From positions 32,573 through 96,572 of the IMG/VR virus record IMGVR_UViG_2558309062_000001: 64,000 nucleotides of DNA; one strand, written 5' to 3'. Below, one piece after another: positions 1 to 9,079 of the stretch (positions within the stretch are counted from its first letter, which is position 1; each line of letters opens with the position of its first letter). Source of the stretch: a virus (lineage: Duplodnaviria > Caudoviricetes). Below the pieces are notes generated by a model, which saw only the letters and a list, made by a program, of their open reading frames with translations, searched no databases and was not told where the DNA came from. A program made the translations under genes and the position numbers.

Positions 1-1
1 G

Positions 2-346
2 AACTTCGAGCGCAAGGATCTGTGGTGGGAGGACGCCGACGGTCCTAGCCTGTACGAGGATAACTTCAAGGTCGCCGGCTTCTACCAGGTCAACGAGCCG
101 CGCCGCGGCGACATGCTCGTGTTCATAGTCCCGTCACCTGGGCGCCCGTGCTTCCACCCGAACCACGCCGCGATTTACCTCGGCAACGAGCCCGCCCTGG
201 TCAGCGAGGATGCCCCGGCGCTGGGCGGCGCAGGGCCATTCATCTACCACCATATGGCCGGCCGCGCCTCGACCCGCGATATCTATGGTTGGTCGATGGC
301 CAACCGTTGCCGCCTGATCCTCCGGCATAAGGAGTACCAGCCATGA
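2..346 (+). CDS. Tail tip protein K-like (NlpC/P60), 5'-truncated by the window edge
   Basis: Frame open from base 2 (NFERKDLWWEDADGPSLYE...HPNHAAIYLG); homologous to 50154..50909. Confidence 0.85.
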   Translation, partial: NFERKDLWWEDADGPSLYEDNFKVAGFYQVNEPRRGDMLVFIVPSPGRPCFHPNHAAIYLGNEPALVSEDAPALGGAGPFIYHHMAGRASTRDIYGWSMANRCRLILRHKEYQP

Positions 347-927
347 AGCGCACGGTGAAGCTCTACGGTGTGCTCCGCAAACACTTCGGTCGCGAGTACC
401 TGCTGGACGTGCAAAGCCCAAGGGACGCTGTGCAGGCGCTGTGCATCCTGGTGCCAGGTTTCGAGAAGTTCCTGGCCACCGGCGAAGAGCGCGGCCTGGT
501 CTTCACGGTGTTCTCTGGTCGCCGCAACCTGGCGCCAGAGGAGCTGGACCTGCAGGGCAATGACGCCGAGGAGATCCGCATCGCGCCGATCATCCAGGGC
601 AGCAAGCAGGGCGGACTGTTCCAGGTGGTGCTCGGCGCCGTGCTGGTGGTCGCCGGCGTATTCACCGGCGGCCTTTCTTCTGGCGTGGGTATCGCGCTGA
701 TGGCCGGTGGTGCTGCCCTGGCGTTGGGTGGTGTGGTGCAGATGCTTTCGCCAACGGCCAAGACCGGCAGCCTGGACCGCAACGAGGACGGCAACAACCC
801 CAGCTATGGCTTCGGCTCGGCTGTGACCACCATCGCCCAGGGAAACCCTTATCCAGTCCTGTACGGCGAACGGGAAATCGGTGGCGCCATCGAATCCGGC
901 GGGGTTTACCCACAAGACAAGCTGTAA
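343..927 (+). CDS. Tail assembly protein I-like
   Basis: VKLYGVLRKHFGR, IRIAPIIQGSK and PSYGF..AQGNPYPVLYG motifs; ATGA overlap with K. Confidence 0.9.
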   Translation: MKRTVKLYGVLRKHFGREYLLDVQSPRDAVQALCILVPGFEKFLATGEERGLVFTVFSGRRNLAPEELDLQGNDAEEIRIAPIIQGSKQGGLFQVVLGAVLVVAGVFTGGLSSGVGIALMAGGAALALGGVVQMLSPTAKTGSLDRNEDGNNPSYGFGSAVTTIAQGNPYPVLYGEREIGGAIESGGVYPQDKL

Positions 928-943
928 CCAATTGAACTACCTG

Positions 944-967
944 ACCTGCTGCGGCAGGTTTTTTTTG
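944..967 (+). terminator. Intrinsic terminator between I and J
   Basis: ACCTGC-tgcg-GCAGGT followed by a T run. Confidence 0.65.
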
Positions 968-982
968 TATCTGGAGGAATGA

Positions 983-3900
983 ATGGGTGCAGAAGTGATT
1001 CGCAAGGCCCCGGCCAAGCAGTCGCCACGCCGCCAGGTCGTAGGTCTTAAGGGCGGTAGCAAGAAGCCGAAGCAGCCCAGCATTGCCTCGAACAGCGTGC
1101 CGTCGATTTCCACGGCGCGCCTGGTCTACCTCTGGAGCTGGGGGCCTATCGTCGGACCTGTAAACGGCCTGCGCTCGGTCAAGCTCGACGGAACGCCGAT
1201 CATGGCCGAGGACGGTACGATCAACTACCCCGGCGTGAAGTGGCAGTTCCGCTCTGGCGAGTTGCACCAAGAGCGCCTGGCCGGGGTGACCGAGTCGAGC
1301 AATGAGATCCAGGTCGGGCAGGAATTGCGCACCACCGCGCCCTGGGTTCACTCGATCAACAACCCCGTGATCGATGCCGTTCGAGTGCGGTTCTCCTGGC
1401 CTGTGTTGCAGGCCCAGGACAGCGGCGGGAACATCAACGGCGTGCACATCGACTATGCGATTGACGTGGCCACGGATGGCGGTTCGTACCAACAGGTGCT
1501 GACCTCGAGCGTGGACCGCAAGAACGTCACCAAATACGAACGGTCGCACCGTATCGAGCTGCCTGATGGGGCGCGCTGGACGATCCGTGCCCGTCGCCTG
1601 ACGCCGGAGGCCAACAGTTCGCTGGTGCAGGATGCCATGATTGTTGAAGCGGTCGCCGAGGTGGTCGATAGCGATCAGGAATACCCACTCACGGCGGTCG
1701 GTTGCGTGGAATACGACGCCCAGCAATTCGGCGGTGACTTCCCTAAGATCGCTGTTCTGATGCGCGGTCGTATTGTTCGGGTGCCGATGAACTACGATCC
1801 CGAGACCCGCACCTATGCCACCTCCGGCGCCGGTACCACCAACGGGGTGTGGAATGGGACGTTCAAACAGGCCTATACCAATAACCCGGCGTGGGTGTTC
1901 TACGACCTAGCCCTGCATCCGTACTACGGTCTCGGTGACCGCATCGACGCGTCGATGATAAATCGCTGGTCGCTATATCGTATTGCGCAGTGGTGCGACC
2001 AACTGGTACCGGATGGGAAGGGTGGCCAAGAACCGCGCTTTACCTGCAACCTGTACCTGCAGAAGCAGGCTGAGGCCTGGGCGGTGCTGCAGGACCTAGC
2101 TGCGATCTTCCACGGTCTGGCCTACTGGGACGGTAGCCAGATCGCGGTAAACGCCGACATGCCGCAAGATCCACTTTATACCTACACCACTTCCCAGATC
2201 CTTGGTGATGGTGTGGTCAAGTACTCGGGCAGCAAATGGCGCGACCGTCATAGCCTGGCCATGGTCTCGTTCGACGATCCCGAGCAGGGCTTTGAGACCG
2301 ATAAGGAGCCGGTATTCGATGAGGACGCCATGGCTGAGTACGGTGTCCGCGACGTTTCTGTTGAGGCCGTTGGCTGCACCAGCCGAGGTCAGGCCCAGCG
2401 CGCCGGGAAATGGGCCTTGCTGACAGAGCAACTGCAGATTCGCGGCGCGACGATCAACGTAGGCCTCGACGGCTACATCCCGAAGCCCGGCACGGTGATC
2501 GCGCTGTCCGATCCGATGCTGGCAGGCAGGGCCAACGGAGGTCGGATTGCTGCTGTCACTGGGCGTGTCGTGACACTCGACCGTGACATCGAAGTTCCCG
2601 CGGGCGCTCGTCTGCTAGTTAACCTGCCCAGCGGAAAGGCCGAGGCACGGCAAGTTCGTTCGGTGAGCGGGCGGCAGATCACTGTCATGGCCGACTACAG
2701 CGAGGTCCCGCAGCCCGAATGCGGCTGGGCGATCGACTACGACGATCTCAAACTGATGCAGTTCTACGTTCGCAACGTGACGCGCCCGGAATGGACCCGG
2801 TTCCAACTTGATCTTATCCAGCACGAGCCTAGTAAGTTCGACGCCATCGATCACGGAACCATGATTGATGATAGGCCGATCAGCGTGTTGCCGCCCGGCA
2901 TTCAGGACGCACCAGCGCGTGTACTGATCAGTAGTCACTCATCTGTTGACCAAGGAATATCGGTTACCACGATGACCATCGGCTGGGATGCTGCGCCAGG
3001 CGCCGTGGCCTATGACGTGGAATGGCGCTGGGGTTCTCGCGATTGGATCAAGGTACCCCGCACAGGTGAGTTGGCAGTTGATGTGCGCGGCGTCTATGCC
3101 GGCCAGTACCTGGCTCGCGTCCGAGCAGTAAACGCGATGGATGTGTCGTCTATACCGACTGTGTCAATGCTCACCGATGTCCTGGGCAAAACCACGCCGC
3201 CGCCTGCGATTACGCATCTCACGGCCACCTCGATTGTCTTTGGCATTGCGCTCAAGTGGGGCTTCCCCGCTGATGCAGAGGATACCCAGCGCACTGAGGT
3301 CTGGTATGGCCAGGCCAACGACTTGGAGCTGGCCACGAAACTGGCCGACGTGGCGTATCCGCAGAGCGAGTACGTAATGCAGGGCCTGGCGGCTGGCGCG
3401 CGGTTCTTCTACTGGGCGCGCCTGGTTGACCGTATCGGTAACATTGGGCCGTGGTATCCGGTGGGCGGCGGGGTGCTTGGCGTATCCGAGACAGACCCTG
3501 GCCCAATCCTGGAGATGATCAGTGGCCAGATCGACGAGTCGATGCTGGGCGAAGCGCTCAAGGAGAAGATCGACGGCCTGCAGGAGCAAATCGATGCGCT
3601 GGACGGCCTCAAGGCCTACGACCCATCACTGGCTTACGAGTCGGGCGAGATGGTCGTTGTCGATGGCCGGATCTACCAGGCTACGCACGACGTGCCAGCC
3701 GATCCAGAGGGCGGCAACGCGCCGCCGAACGTGTCGTACTGGGTCGATGTCGGCCAGTCGCTGGAGACGGCCAACGGCCTGGCTCAGCAGGTCAGCACCA
3801 ACACGACCAAGATTGCTGAGGTAGACGGCAAGGCGACGGTGGCTGCCGAAAGCCAGCAGGTGCTGAGGGCTTCGTATCGCGACGATAGCGTCGAAGGTGA

Positions 3901-4510
3901 CCTCGCGGCCGCCGTCAACCAGTGGCAATCGACTGCAACTTTTGCCTCGGAAGTGAAAGCCACCGCGACGCGAGAGGAGGCGATCGTTAAGAAAACCGAG
4001 ACGCTTGAAGCCTCGATCGGCCAGACGAATGCGACGGTTCAGACCGTTAGCCAGGCCCAAGCAGACCTCGATGGCAAGGCCAGCACGATGTGGGCGGTCA
4101 AGATGCAGCTCAACGCTCAGGGCCAGTACGTCGCTGCGGGGATTGGCCTCGGCATCGAGAATGGCCCAGCCGGTCTACAGAGCCAGTTCTTGGTCTCGGC
4201 GGATCGCTTCGCTGTGGTCAATGGGGTGAACGGCACGCTGTCTTCGCCGTTCGTGGTCCAGAACGGGCAGGTCTATATCAACCAGGCGTTCATCAACACC
4301 GCTTACATCCAGAACATCATCCTGTCGATGACACTGAGGTCTCAGGCCACCGACTCATCAGGGCGCCCACTGATTGAGCTGAACATGGCAACCGGGGCTT
4401 TCAATCTGCGCGGGCAGGGCAGTGACGGCAGCTTGGCGATCAACAACAACGGCGTGTACGTCTACGACGCCAGCAGCATCGAACGCGGCGCCCTGGGGAG
4501 GCTGACCTGA
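983..4510 (+). CDS. Central tail fibre / host-specificity protein J-like
   Basis: 1175 aa; AYTNNPAW, EPRFTCN, GCTSRGQAQRAGKW, FN3-like region, SQFLVSADRFAV. Confidence 0.92.
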   Translation: MGAEVIRKAPAKQSPRRQVVGLKGGSKKPKQPSIASNSVPSISTARLVYLWSWGPIVGPVNGLRSVKLDGTPIMAEDGTINYPGVKWQFRSGELHQERLAGVTESSNEIQVGQELRTTAPWVHSINNPVIDAVRVRFSWPVLQAQDSGGNINGVHIDYAIDVATDGGSYQQVLTSSVDRKNVTKYERSHRIELPDGARWTIRARRLTPEANSSLVQDAMIVEAVAEVVDSDQEYPLTAVGCVEYDAQQFGGDFPKIAVLMRGRIVRVPMNYDPETRTYATSGAGTTNGVWNGTFKQAYTNNPAWVFYDLALHPYYGLGDRIDASMINRWSLYRIAQWCDQLVPDGKGGQEPRFTCNLYLQKQAEAWAVLQDLAAIFHGLAYWDGSQIAVNADMPQDPLYTYTTSQILGDGVVKYSGSKWRDRHSLAMVSFDDPEQGFETDKEPVFDEDAMAEYGVRDVSVEAVGCTSRGQAQRAGKWALLTEQLQIRGATINVGLDGYIPKPGTVIALSDPMLAGRANGGRIAAVTGRVVTLDRDIEVPAGARLLVNLPSGKAEARQVRSVSGRQITVMADYSEVPQPECGWAIDYDDLKLMQFYVRNVTRPEWTRFQLDLIQHEPSKFDAIDHGTMIDDRPISVLPPGIQDAPARVLISSHSSVDQGISVTTMTIGWDAAPGAVAYDVEWRWGSRDWIKVPRTGELAVDVRGVYAGQYLARVRAVNAMDVSSIPTVSMLTDVLGKTTPPPAITHLTATSIVFGIALKWGFPADAEDTQRTEVWYGQANDLELATKLADVAYPQSEYVMQGLAAGARFFYWARLVDRIGNIGPWYPVGGGVLGVSETDPGPILEMISGQIDESMLGEALKEKIDGLQEQIDALDGLKAYDPSLAYESGEMVVVDGRIYQATHDVPADPEGGNAPPNVSYWVDVGQSLETANGLAQQVSTNTTKIAEVDGKATVAAESQQVLRASYRDDSVEGDLAAAVNQWQSTATFASEVKATATREEAIVKKTETLEASIGQTNATVQTVSQAQADLDGKASTMWAVKMQLNAQGQYVAAGIGLGIENGPAGLQSQFLVSADRFAVVNGVNGTLSSPFVVQNGQVYINQAFINTAYIQNIILSMTLRSQATDSSGRPLIELNMATGAFNLRGQGSDGSLAINNNGVYVYDASSIERGALGRLT

Positions 4511-5550
4511 TGGCTCTCTATGGATTGAGGACAAAGGACGCCGCGGGCAACGTCACGCTCGATACCACGGTCACGCCGATCAGGTCGCTCAAGATGATGA
4601 CCGTGACGGGTAACGGCTCGTTTGAGCAGACGTTTTCGATACCCGAGATCAAGGCGGAGTCTTTTGTGGTGGTGGATGCACTGTCCGATTCTGGGCAGTA
4701 CACCTGGACGCCGCCGGCTTTCTGGTCGACGGGGTCATTGCGACTCCGGCAGCCAGGGACTAGCACTTGGGAGGTGATGATTCTTTCGCAAGGGGGAGAG
4801 CCGTTCTCGGCGCCTGGTAGCTACGGCATTCGGGCGCGTAATGGCGACACCCTGACCCAGATCGATTCCATCAACCGGATGTTGTCTGTGCGATCCAGTG
4901 GATCCTTTTCATTTGGTGGTACACAGGCTGGTCTGATCCAGACAATGACCGTTTCATTCCCTTCCGCGATAACCACCTATGAGCGTCCGTTGGTGTTTTT
5001 GAATGCGGTCAATTACATGATGGTTGGGAATTTCAGGATCATTGGATCTCCGGGTAACTGGACAGGGTTTGCAGTCAAGTCATGGAGCTACGCTGGTCAT
5101 GGTGATATTGCCAAGAGTCCCCAGACAATCAAGTGGTTCTGCGCTTCGTATCAGACGTTTGCCAGCGTGGCGGGTCAGTACGGGGCGTCTGTCCGCGATG
5201 CAAACGGAACCCTGACTTTTGTGACCTCGGCAAACCCGGCGCTGCTGAATGGCCAGCCCGCGAACAACTCGTTTGTCGTGGCGGGTAACCCGATCGCCAA
5301 CGGTCAGTATTACAACGCCAGTTATCAGATGCCATGGACGGGCAGCTATGACGACTACGTGCTGGCCAATGCGCTGTTCTCCGTAACCAACGTGGTGCAG
5401 ACGGAGCAGCCCTACCGAACGAACTACGGCGGATTCCTGCCAGGTAACCGCAGCATCCTCCAGATGTATTGCGAGAACTACGACTCGATCAACCCGCTGG
5501 GTGTGAATGGCCGGACGCTGTTCGCCTCACGGCCCATGAAATCCCTCTGA
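4510..5550 (+). CDS. J-associated tail tip accessory protein (three YG(L/I/A)xxxDxxG-type repeats)
   Basis: Coupled to the J stop codon; beta-rich; repeats ALYGLRTKDAAG, SYGIRARNG, QYGASVRDANG. Confidence 0.65.
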   Translation: MALYGLRTKDAAGNVTLDTTVTPIRSLKMMTVTGNGSFEQTFSIPEIKAESFVVVDALSDSGQYTWTPPAFWSTGSLRLRQPGTSTWEVMILSQGGEPFSAPGSYGIRARNGDTLTQIDSINRMLSVRSSGSFSFGGTQAGLIQTMTVSFPSAITTYERPLVFLNAVNYMMVGNFRIIGSPGNWTGFAVKSWSYAGHGDIAKSPQTIKWFCASYQTFASVAGQYGASVRDANGTLTFVTSANPALLNGQPANNSFVVAGNPIANGQYYNASYQMPWTGSYDDYVLANALFSVTNVVQTEQPYRTNYGGFLPGNRSILQMYCENYDSINPLGVNGRTLFASRPMKSL

Positions 5551-5570
5551 CAATAGATCTGGAGCAATCC

Positions 5571-6353
5571 ATGCCCTGGTACAGAACAGGCACCGTGGCG
5601 ATCACGGCTGGCCAAAATACGGTGACCGGTACCGGCACCAGCTTCTCTGCAAACGCCCGTGTGGGTGATGCTTTCTTAGGCCCTGATGGGAATTGGTACG
5701 AAGTTACGAACATTGCCAGCGCCACGGTGCTGAGCATTCTGCCAGCCTATAAAGGTTCGACGGTCAGTGGTGGTGCGTACGCTGTGGTGCCGGTGCAGGG
5801 GTACGACAAAAGTCTCCGGGACGCCATTAACGCGATTGTCCAGCAATGGGGGGCAACGTTGGCGGGTCTGGGCGCCGTCTCAACCGAAGACGTTGTGCCG
5901 GTTGCGAAAGGAGGTACGGGCGGGACAACCCCTAGTGCGGCGCGAAGCGGCCTGGGGCTGAAAGCGGCAGCCATAGCCGATATCGTCGGTACTGTTTTGC
6001 AAAGCGGGGGTGTACCCACTGGCGCCATCCTAGAATTCATCAGCAATGCCAATGGCGACTGCGTGAAGTTTGCAGACGGCACGATGATCTGTGTGATGGA
6101 AAGCTCGACCACTTACACAGCCACCGCCGCTCAAGGGGCGCTGTTTTACAACAATGGCCAGACCTTTACATACCCAGCTCCGTTTATCGCAGCCCCCAAA
6201 GTGCTTCCAGCCCCTGTGTCGGCTGGCGGTGGCGGTATGCCCCTGGGGTTCTCCTACAGTCGAAGCGCAGTGTCCGTTGGCATCGGCGCTTATGCCGTTG
6301 TCAGTGGAACGATTTTTCGGCCTGGTTACGTAGCCATTGGGAGGTGGTACTGA
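5571..6353 (+). CDS. Side tail fibre protein
   Basis: MPWYRTGTVAITAG N-terminus, PVAKGGTG, and a gp53-like C-terminus (NANGDCVKFADGTMIC...AIGRWY); GGAG RBS. Confidence 0.85.
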   Translation: MPWYRTGTVAITAGQNTVTGTGTSFSANARVGDAFLGPDGNWYEVTNIASATVLSILPAYKGSTVSGGAYAVVPVQGYDKSLRDAINAIVQQWGATLAGLGAVSTEDVVPVAKGGTGGTTPSAARSGLGLKAAAIADIVGTVLQSGGVPTGAILEFISNANGDCVKFADGTMICVMESSTTYTATAAQGALFYNNGQTFTYPAPFIAAPKVLPAPVSAGGGGMPLGFSYSRSAVSVGIGAYAVVSGTIFRPGYVAIGRWY

Positions 6354-6946
6354 TGATAATTAAACTTTCCCCGGTTCGCTCTGATGCGGGCCTCTCTGTG
6401 GTTAAGTCGGGCGACATACTGGAGGTCAACGCCGTGGCGCTGGACTTTTCCCGGTTGACCGATGGCGCAACCCTGCCGGCTGAGGCCATTGGGTGCGAGT
6501 TCGTGATCGGCCCGGTTGAGCGCACCAACGGAGTCCTTGTGCTGACCCTCATGCTGCCGCACGCCGCTGACGCGCCGCAGGCAGCACGCTTCCCGGTCGA
6601 TCTCTATCCGATCGACGGCCAAGTGCAGCTGCCGGGCCTGGATCTGGTCGACCGCCAGGCTGCAACCGCAGGCGTGATCGACTGGTCTCAAGTCATCACG
6701 GCTGAGGCCAAGGCCCAGGCCGCTGCTGAGCAACTGCTCGCCACGGTGGCTGCCGAGATCTCCCAGCACCGCGCTGTGGCCGATGCCGCCATCGCCCCGT
6801 TGCAGGATGCCGTCGAGCTTGAGGAAGCCACCGAAGCTGAAGCTGCGCTGCTGAAGGAATGGAAGCGCTACCGCCTGGCGCTGATCCGGCTGCCCGAGCA
6901 GGAAGGCTACCCCAACAGCATCGACTGGCCCGCACTGCCGGCCTGA
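6353..6946 (+). CDS. Tail fibre assembly protein
   Basis: MIIKLSPVRSD N-terminus; C-terminal IAPLQDAVEL..WKRYR..DWP. Confidence 0.88.
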   Translation: MIIKLSPVRSDAGLSVVKSGDILEVNAVALDFSRLTDGATLPAEAIGCEFVIGPVERTNGVLVLTLMLPHAADAPQAARFPVDLYPIDGQVQLPGLDLVDRQAATAGVIDWSQVITAEAKAQAAAEQLLATVAAEISQHRAVADAAIAPLQDAVELEEATEAEAALLKEWKRYRLALIRLPEQEGYPNSIDWPALPA

Positions 6947-6964
6947 TCCACACCGAACCCACCG

Positions 6965-6988
6965 ACCGCCGCCTGGCGGTATTTTTTT
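6965..6988 (+). terminator. Intrinsic terminator before endolysin
   Basis: ACCGCC-gcct-GGCGGT-ATTTTTTT; also present near 60741. Confidence 0.6.
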
Positions 6989-7002
6989 GCCTGGAGAAAG
7001 CC

Positions 7003-7449
7003 ATGACTACACCTCGCGGTGTCCGGAACAACAACCCCGGCAACATCGACTTCAACTCGCGCAATGCCTGGCAGGGGCAGCTCGGACTGGAGGTCGGTGT
7101 GGCCAAGCCACGCTTTGCCCGCTTCGACACGCCAGAGAACGGCATCCGCGCCCTGGGCAAGCTGCTCATCAACTACCGGGGCAAGGACGGCATGCCTGGA
7201 GTGGGCGGGAAGGGCATCGATACCGTGCTGGAAACGATCCACCGCTGGGCGCCTGCCAACGAGAACGACACCAAGGCCTATGCCGCGGCTGTGGCCAAAC
7301 GTCTTGGTGTAGGCATCGCCGACCCGATCAACATCAAGAACCTGGCCACGCTGCGCGGGATGGTCATCAGCATCATCATTCATGAGAACGGCGGCAACCC
7401 GTACGACGCTGCTGTGATCGATGAAGGCGTGCTGAGGGCGTTGGTGTGA
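7003..7449 (+). CDS. Probable endolysin (RGVRNNNPGNI family, often annotated 'structural protein P5')
   Basis: RNNNPGNI...F.TPENGIRA...RWAP..ENDT..HENG; directly upstream of Rz/Rz1. Confidence 0.75.
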   Translation: MTTPRGVRNNNPGNIDFNSRNAWQGQLGLEVGVAKPRFARFDTPENGIRALGKLLINYRGKDGMPGVGGKGIDTVLETIHRWAPANENDTKAYAAAVAKRLGVGIADPINIKNLATLRGMVISIIIHENGGNPYDAAVIDEGVLRALV

Positions 7450-7961
7450 AGATCCTTGTGATCAGACTGGGACTGCTTGCGCTGGTGCTGGCGTCCTACT
7501 GGGGCGCCTATCAGCACGGGCGATCGGTAGAGCGGGCCGAATCCGGCTTGGTATCAGCACAACGAGATAGCGGCGACCGGCTGGCCGAGGTGCTAGGCGA
7601 ACGCGGCGCCCGCGCGGAAGAACAGCGACGCGCCACGGCGCAAGAGGAGGCAAGAGCCCATGCGAAGGAAGAACACCAGGTGGCTGATGTTGGCGCTGCT
7701 GCTGCCGATGCTGCTGGCCAGCGGATGCGCGGCGACGCAGCCAATCTCGCTGCCACCGTCAGTTGCCCCGGCACGGATACCGCCGCTGTCGCCCGAGGCC
7801 AGGCAGCCACCCGCGCCGCCATGGTGCTCTCCGACCTGCTCGCACGGGCTGATGCTCGAGCGGGAGAGCTGGCGAAAGCTTATGACCGTGCCCGAATAGC
7901 TGGCGAGCAGTGCGAGCGAGAGTACGACGGCCTGATTAAGAGATCGCCAAGCTCTGGTTAA
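7446..7961 (+). CDS. i-spanin Rz-like (DUF2514-type)
   Basis: N-terminal TM, Ala-rich coiled coil, C-terminal YDRARIAG..CE. Confidence 0.85.
   Translation: MKILVIRLGLLALVLASYWGAYQHGRSVERAESGLVSAQRDSGDRLAEVLGERGARAEEQRRATAQEEARAHAKEEHQVADVGAAAADAAGQRMRGDAANLAATVSCPGTDTAAVARGQAATRAAMVLSDLLARADARAGELAKAYDRARIAGEQCEREYDGLIKRSPSSG
7660..7899 (+). CDS. o-spanin Rz1-like lipoprotein embedded in Rz
   Basis: +1 frame inside Rz; lipobox LLASGC; Pro-rich. Confidence 0.85.
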   Translation: MRRKNTRWLMLALLLPMLLASGCAATQPISLPPSVAPARIPPLSPEARQPPAPPWCSPTCSHGLMLERESWRKLMTVPE

Positions 7962-8164
7962 CCATTCAGCATCTGTTCCAGTTTTGCCTTAAGGGCAGGC
8001 AGTGGGAGGTTCGTCAGCGAGGGGGTCAGTTGGTTGTGAACGCCTTTATAGAAAGAGTAGGTATCGCCGGATCCATGGCGACGGATTGATCCGACTTGGA
8101 TCTTGTTAACGTAAACCTCGATGGAGTACCCGCCCAGAACGCTCTTTTCCTTGTAATCGACCAT
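7958..8164 (-). CDS. Small hypothetical moron (68 aa)
   Basis: GGAGA RBS; convergent with Rz; absent from the equivalent slot in P2. Confidence 0.6.
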   Translation of the reverse strand: MVDYKEKSVLGGYSIEVYVNKIQVGSIRRHGSGDTYSFYKGVHNQLTPSLTNLPLPALKAKLEQMLNG

Positions 8165-8249
8165 GATCTTCTCCGAATAGGCTAGCTTGGCTGGCGCGGT
8201 GCCTCTCGCCTGTCGGAATTTGAACAAATTTCAGATGGTCTATACGATA

Positions 8250-8265
8250 CTGTGTTTTTATACAG
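8250..8265. promoter_or_regulatory. LexA (SOS) box
   Basis: CTGTGTTTTTATACAG = CTG-N10-CAG inside the extended palindrome CGATACTGT...ACAGTATCG. Confidence 0.8.
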
Positions 8266-8277
8266 TATCGGTGACCT

Positions 8278-8586
8278 ATGTACTTCCTCGTCGTTCGCCG
8301 CCGGGTACGCGGCGTGGCAATCCCTGCGGACCAGCTTCGCAAGGTAAAACCCCTGAAAGCTGACATCCATATCGGTGAGCATCATTCCGAGGTGCTTGGC
8401 CGGGTGGCTACCCAGGCATGGGTTTTCAACCCGACGCCGAGCGGCGACATCATCCCGCGCCTGCTCGATGCCAAGGTCAACGGCATGGCCCAGCTCGGCA
8501 TGAACATCAATGGCGTGGAGGAGGTCGACGGCGTGCTCTACGCGCAGTCTTGGTGGTGCCGGGCGGAGGGGTCGTATGGCAACTAG
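8278..8586 (+). CDS. SOS-box-associated hypothetical protein (102 aa)
   Basis: Follows the LexA box; identical protein at 62038..62346. Confidence 0.8.
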   Translation: MYFLVVRRRVRGVAIPADQLRKVKPLKADIHIGEHHSEVLGRVATQAWVFNPTPSGDIIPRLLDAKVNGMAQLGMNINGVEEVDGVLYAQSWWCRAEGSYGN

Positions 8587-8782
8587 CCTCCCGCCGGCCT
8601 GGTTGGCCGAACTGAACGACCAAGCGGCCCTGTTGGCTGATCCTGATGGGCGCGCAGCAGTACTCGATGAGATGGCCTATGCTGCGCGCCGGAGGCGAGA
8701 GGTCGATGACTGCGACCTGGTCGACATGCTGGAGATCGTTGAGTCGGCCAGGCTGTGGGCTCTGGATGGTTCCGATCTGTGA
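8576..8782 (+). CDS. Hypothetical protein (68 aa)
   Basis: GGAGG RBS; near-identical copy at 62336..62542. Confidence 0.75.
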   Translation: MATSLPPAWLAELNDQAALLADPDGRAAVLDEMAYAARRRREVDDCDLVDMLEIVESARLWALDGSDL

Positions 8783-8948
8783 GGAGTTATATAAAGGAAG
8801 GGAAATGGTCGGCAGAACACCGCGGGCGGGCTGGCCAGGGCCAGTGACTTTTGAAGTGACATCGTTGGGATGCGTCCGTACCCGTGAAGCCTCGTTGCAG
8901 CGAAAGCAGGGCCGGAAATCCTGTGTTTTCATGCCGTTACGCAGGCTC

Positions 8949-9001
8949 GGCATGCATGGGGTGCAAGGGGTCGAGTGTTCGAATCACTCCGTCCCGACCA
9001 A
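8949..9001 (+). repeat. att core (P1 right / P2 left): 3' half of tRNA-Pro(GGG)
   Basis: GCATGGGGTGCAAGGGGTCGAGTGTTCGAATCACTCCGTCCCGACCA (anticodon loop, T arm, CCA); identical at 62706..62758; tRNA 5' half absent. Confidence 0.93.
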
Positions 9002-9017
9002 TAATCCCAAGGACTTA

Positions 9018-9047
9018 GGCCATTTCCGAAAGGGGTGGCCTTTTTCC
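9018..9047. terminator. Terminator hairpin after att
   Basis: AGGCCATTTC-cgaa-AGGGGTGGCCT-TTTT. Confidence 0.65.
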
Positions 9048-9070
9048 TTTGCGTGACTTTTGCGTGACTT
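9048..9070. promoter_or_regulatory. Putative integrase arm-type sites (P2 left arm)
   Basis: TTTGCGTGACT x2 with an 11-bp period; TGCGTGA x2 with the same period at 62600..62619. Confidence 0.6.
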
Positions 9071-9079
9071 CTCAGGTTT

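Larger units (their letters stand above)
1..9001. mobile_element. Prophage P1, right end (tail tip to att); left part outside the window
   Basis: Lambda-like K-I-J order, tail fibre and lysis genes, ending at a tRNA-Pro 3'-half repeat. Confidence 0.9.

Noticed and set aside
5560-7900. Duplication as an assembly artefact or a DGR template/variable repeat pair
   Set aside because: The copies differ by scattered, mostly synonymous substitutions that are not adenine-specific, and no reverse transcriptase is present. Read-level confirmation is still advisable.
8925-9000. Complete tRNA-Pro gene at either att
   Set aside because: Only the anticodon loop to CCA is present. The upstream bases form no D arm or acceptor 5' strand at 8949 or 62706, so the intact gene is presumably outside the window.
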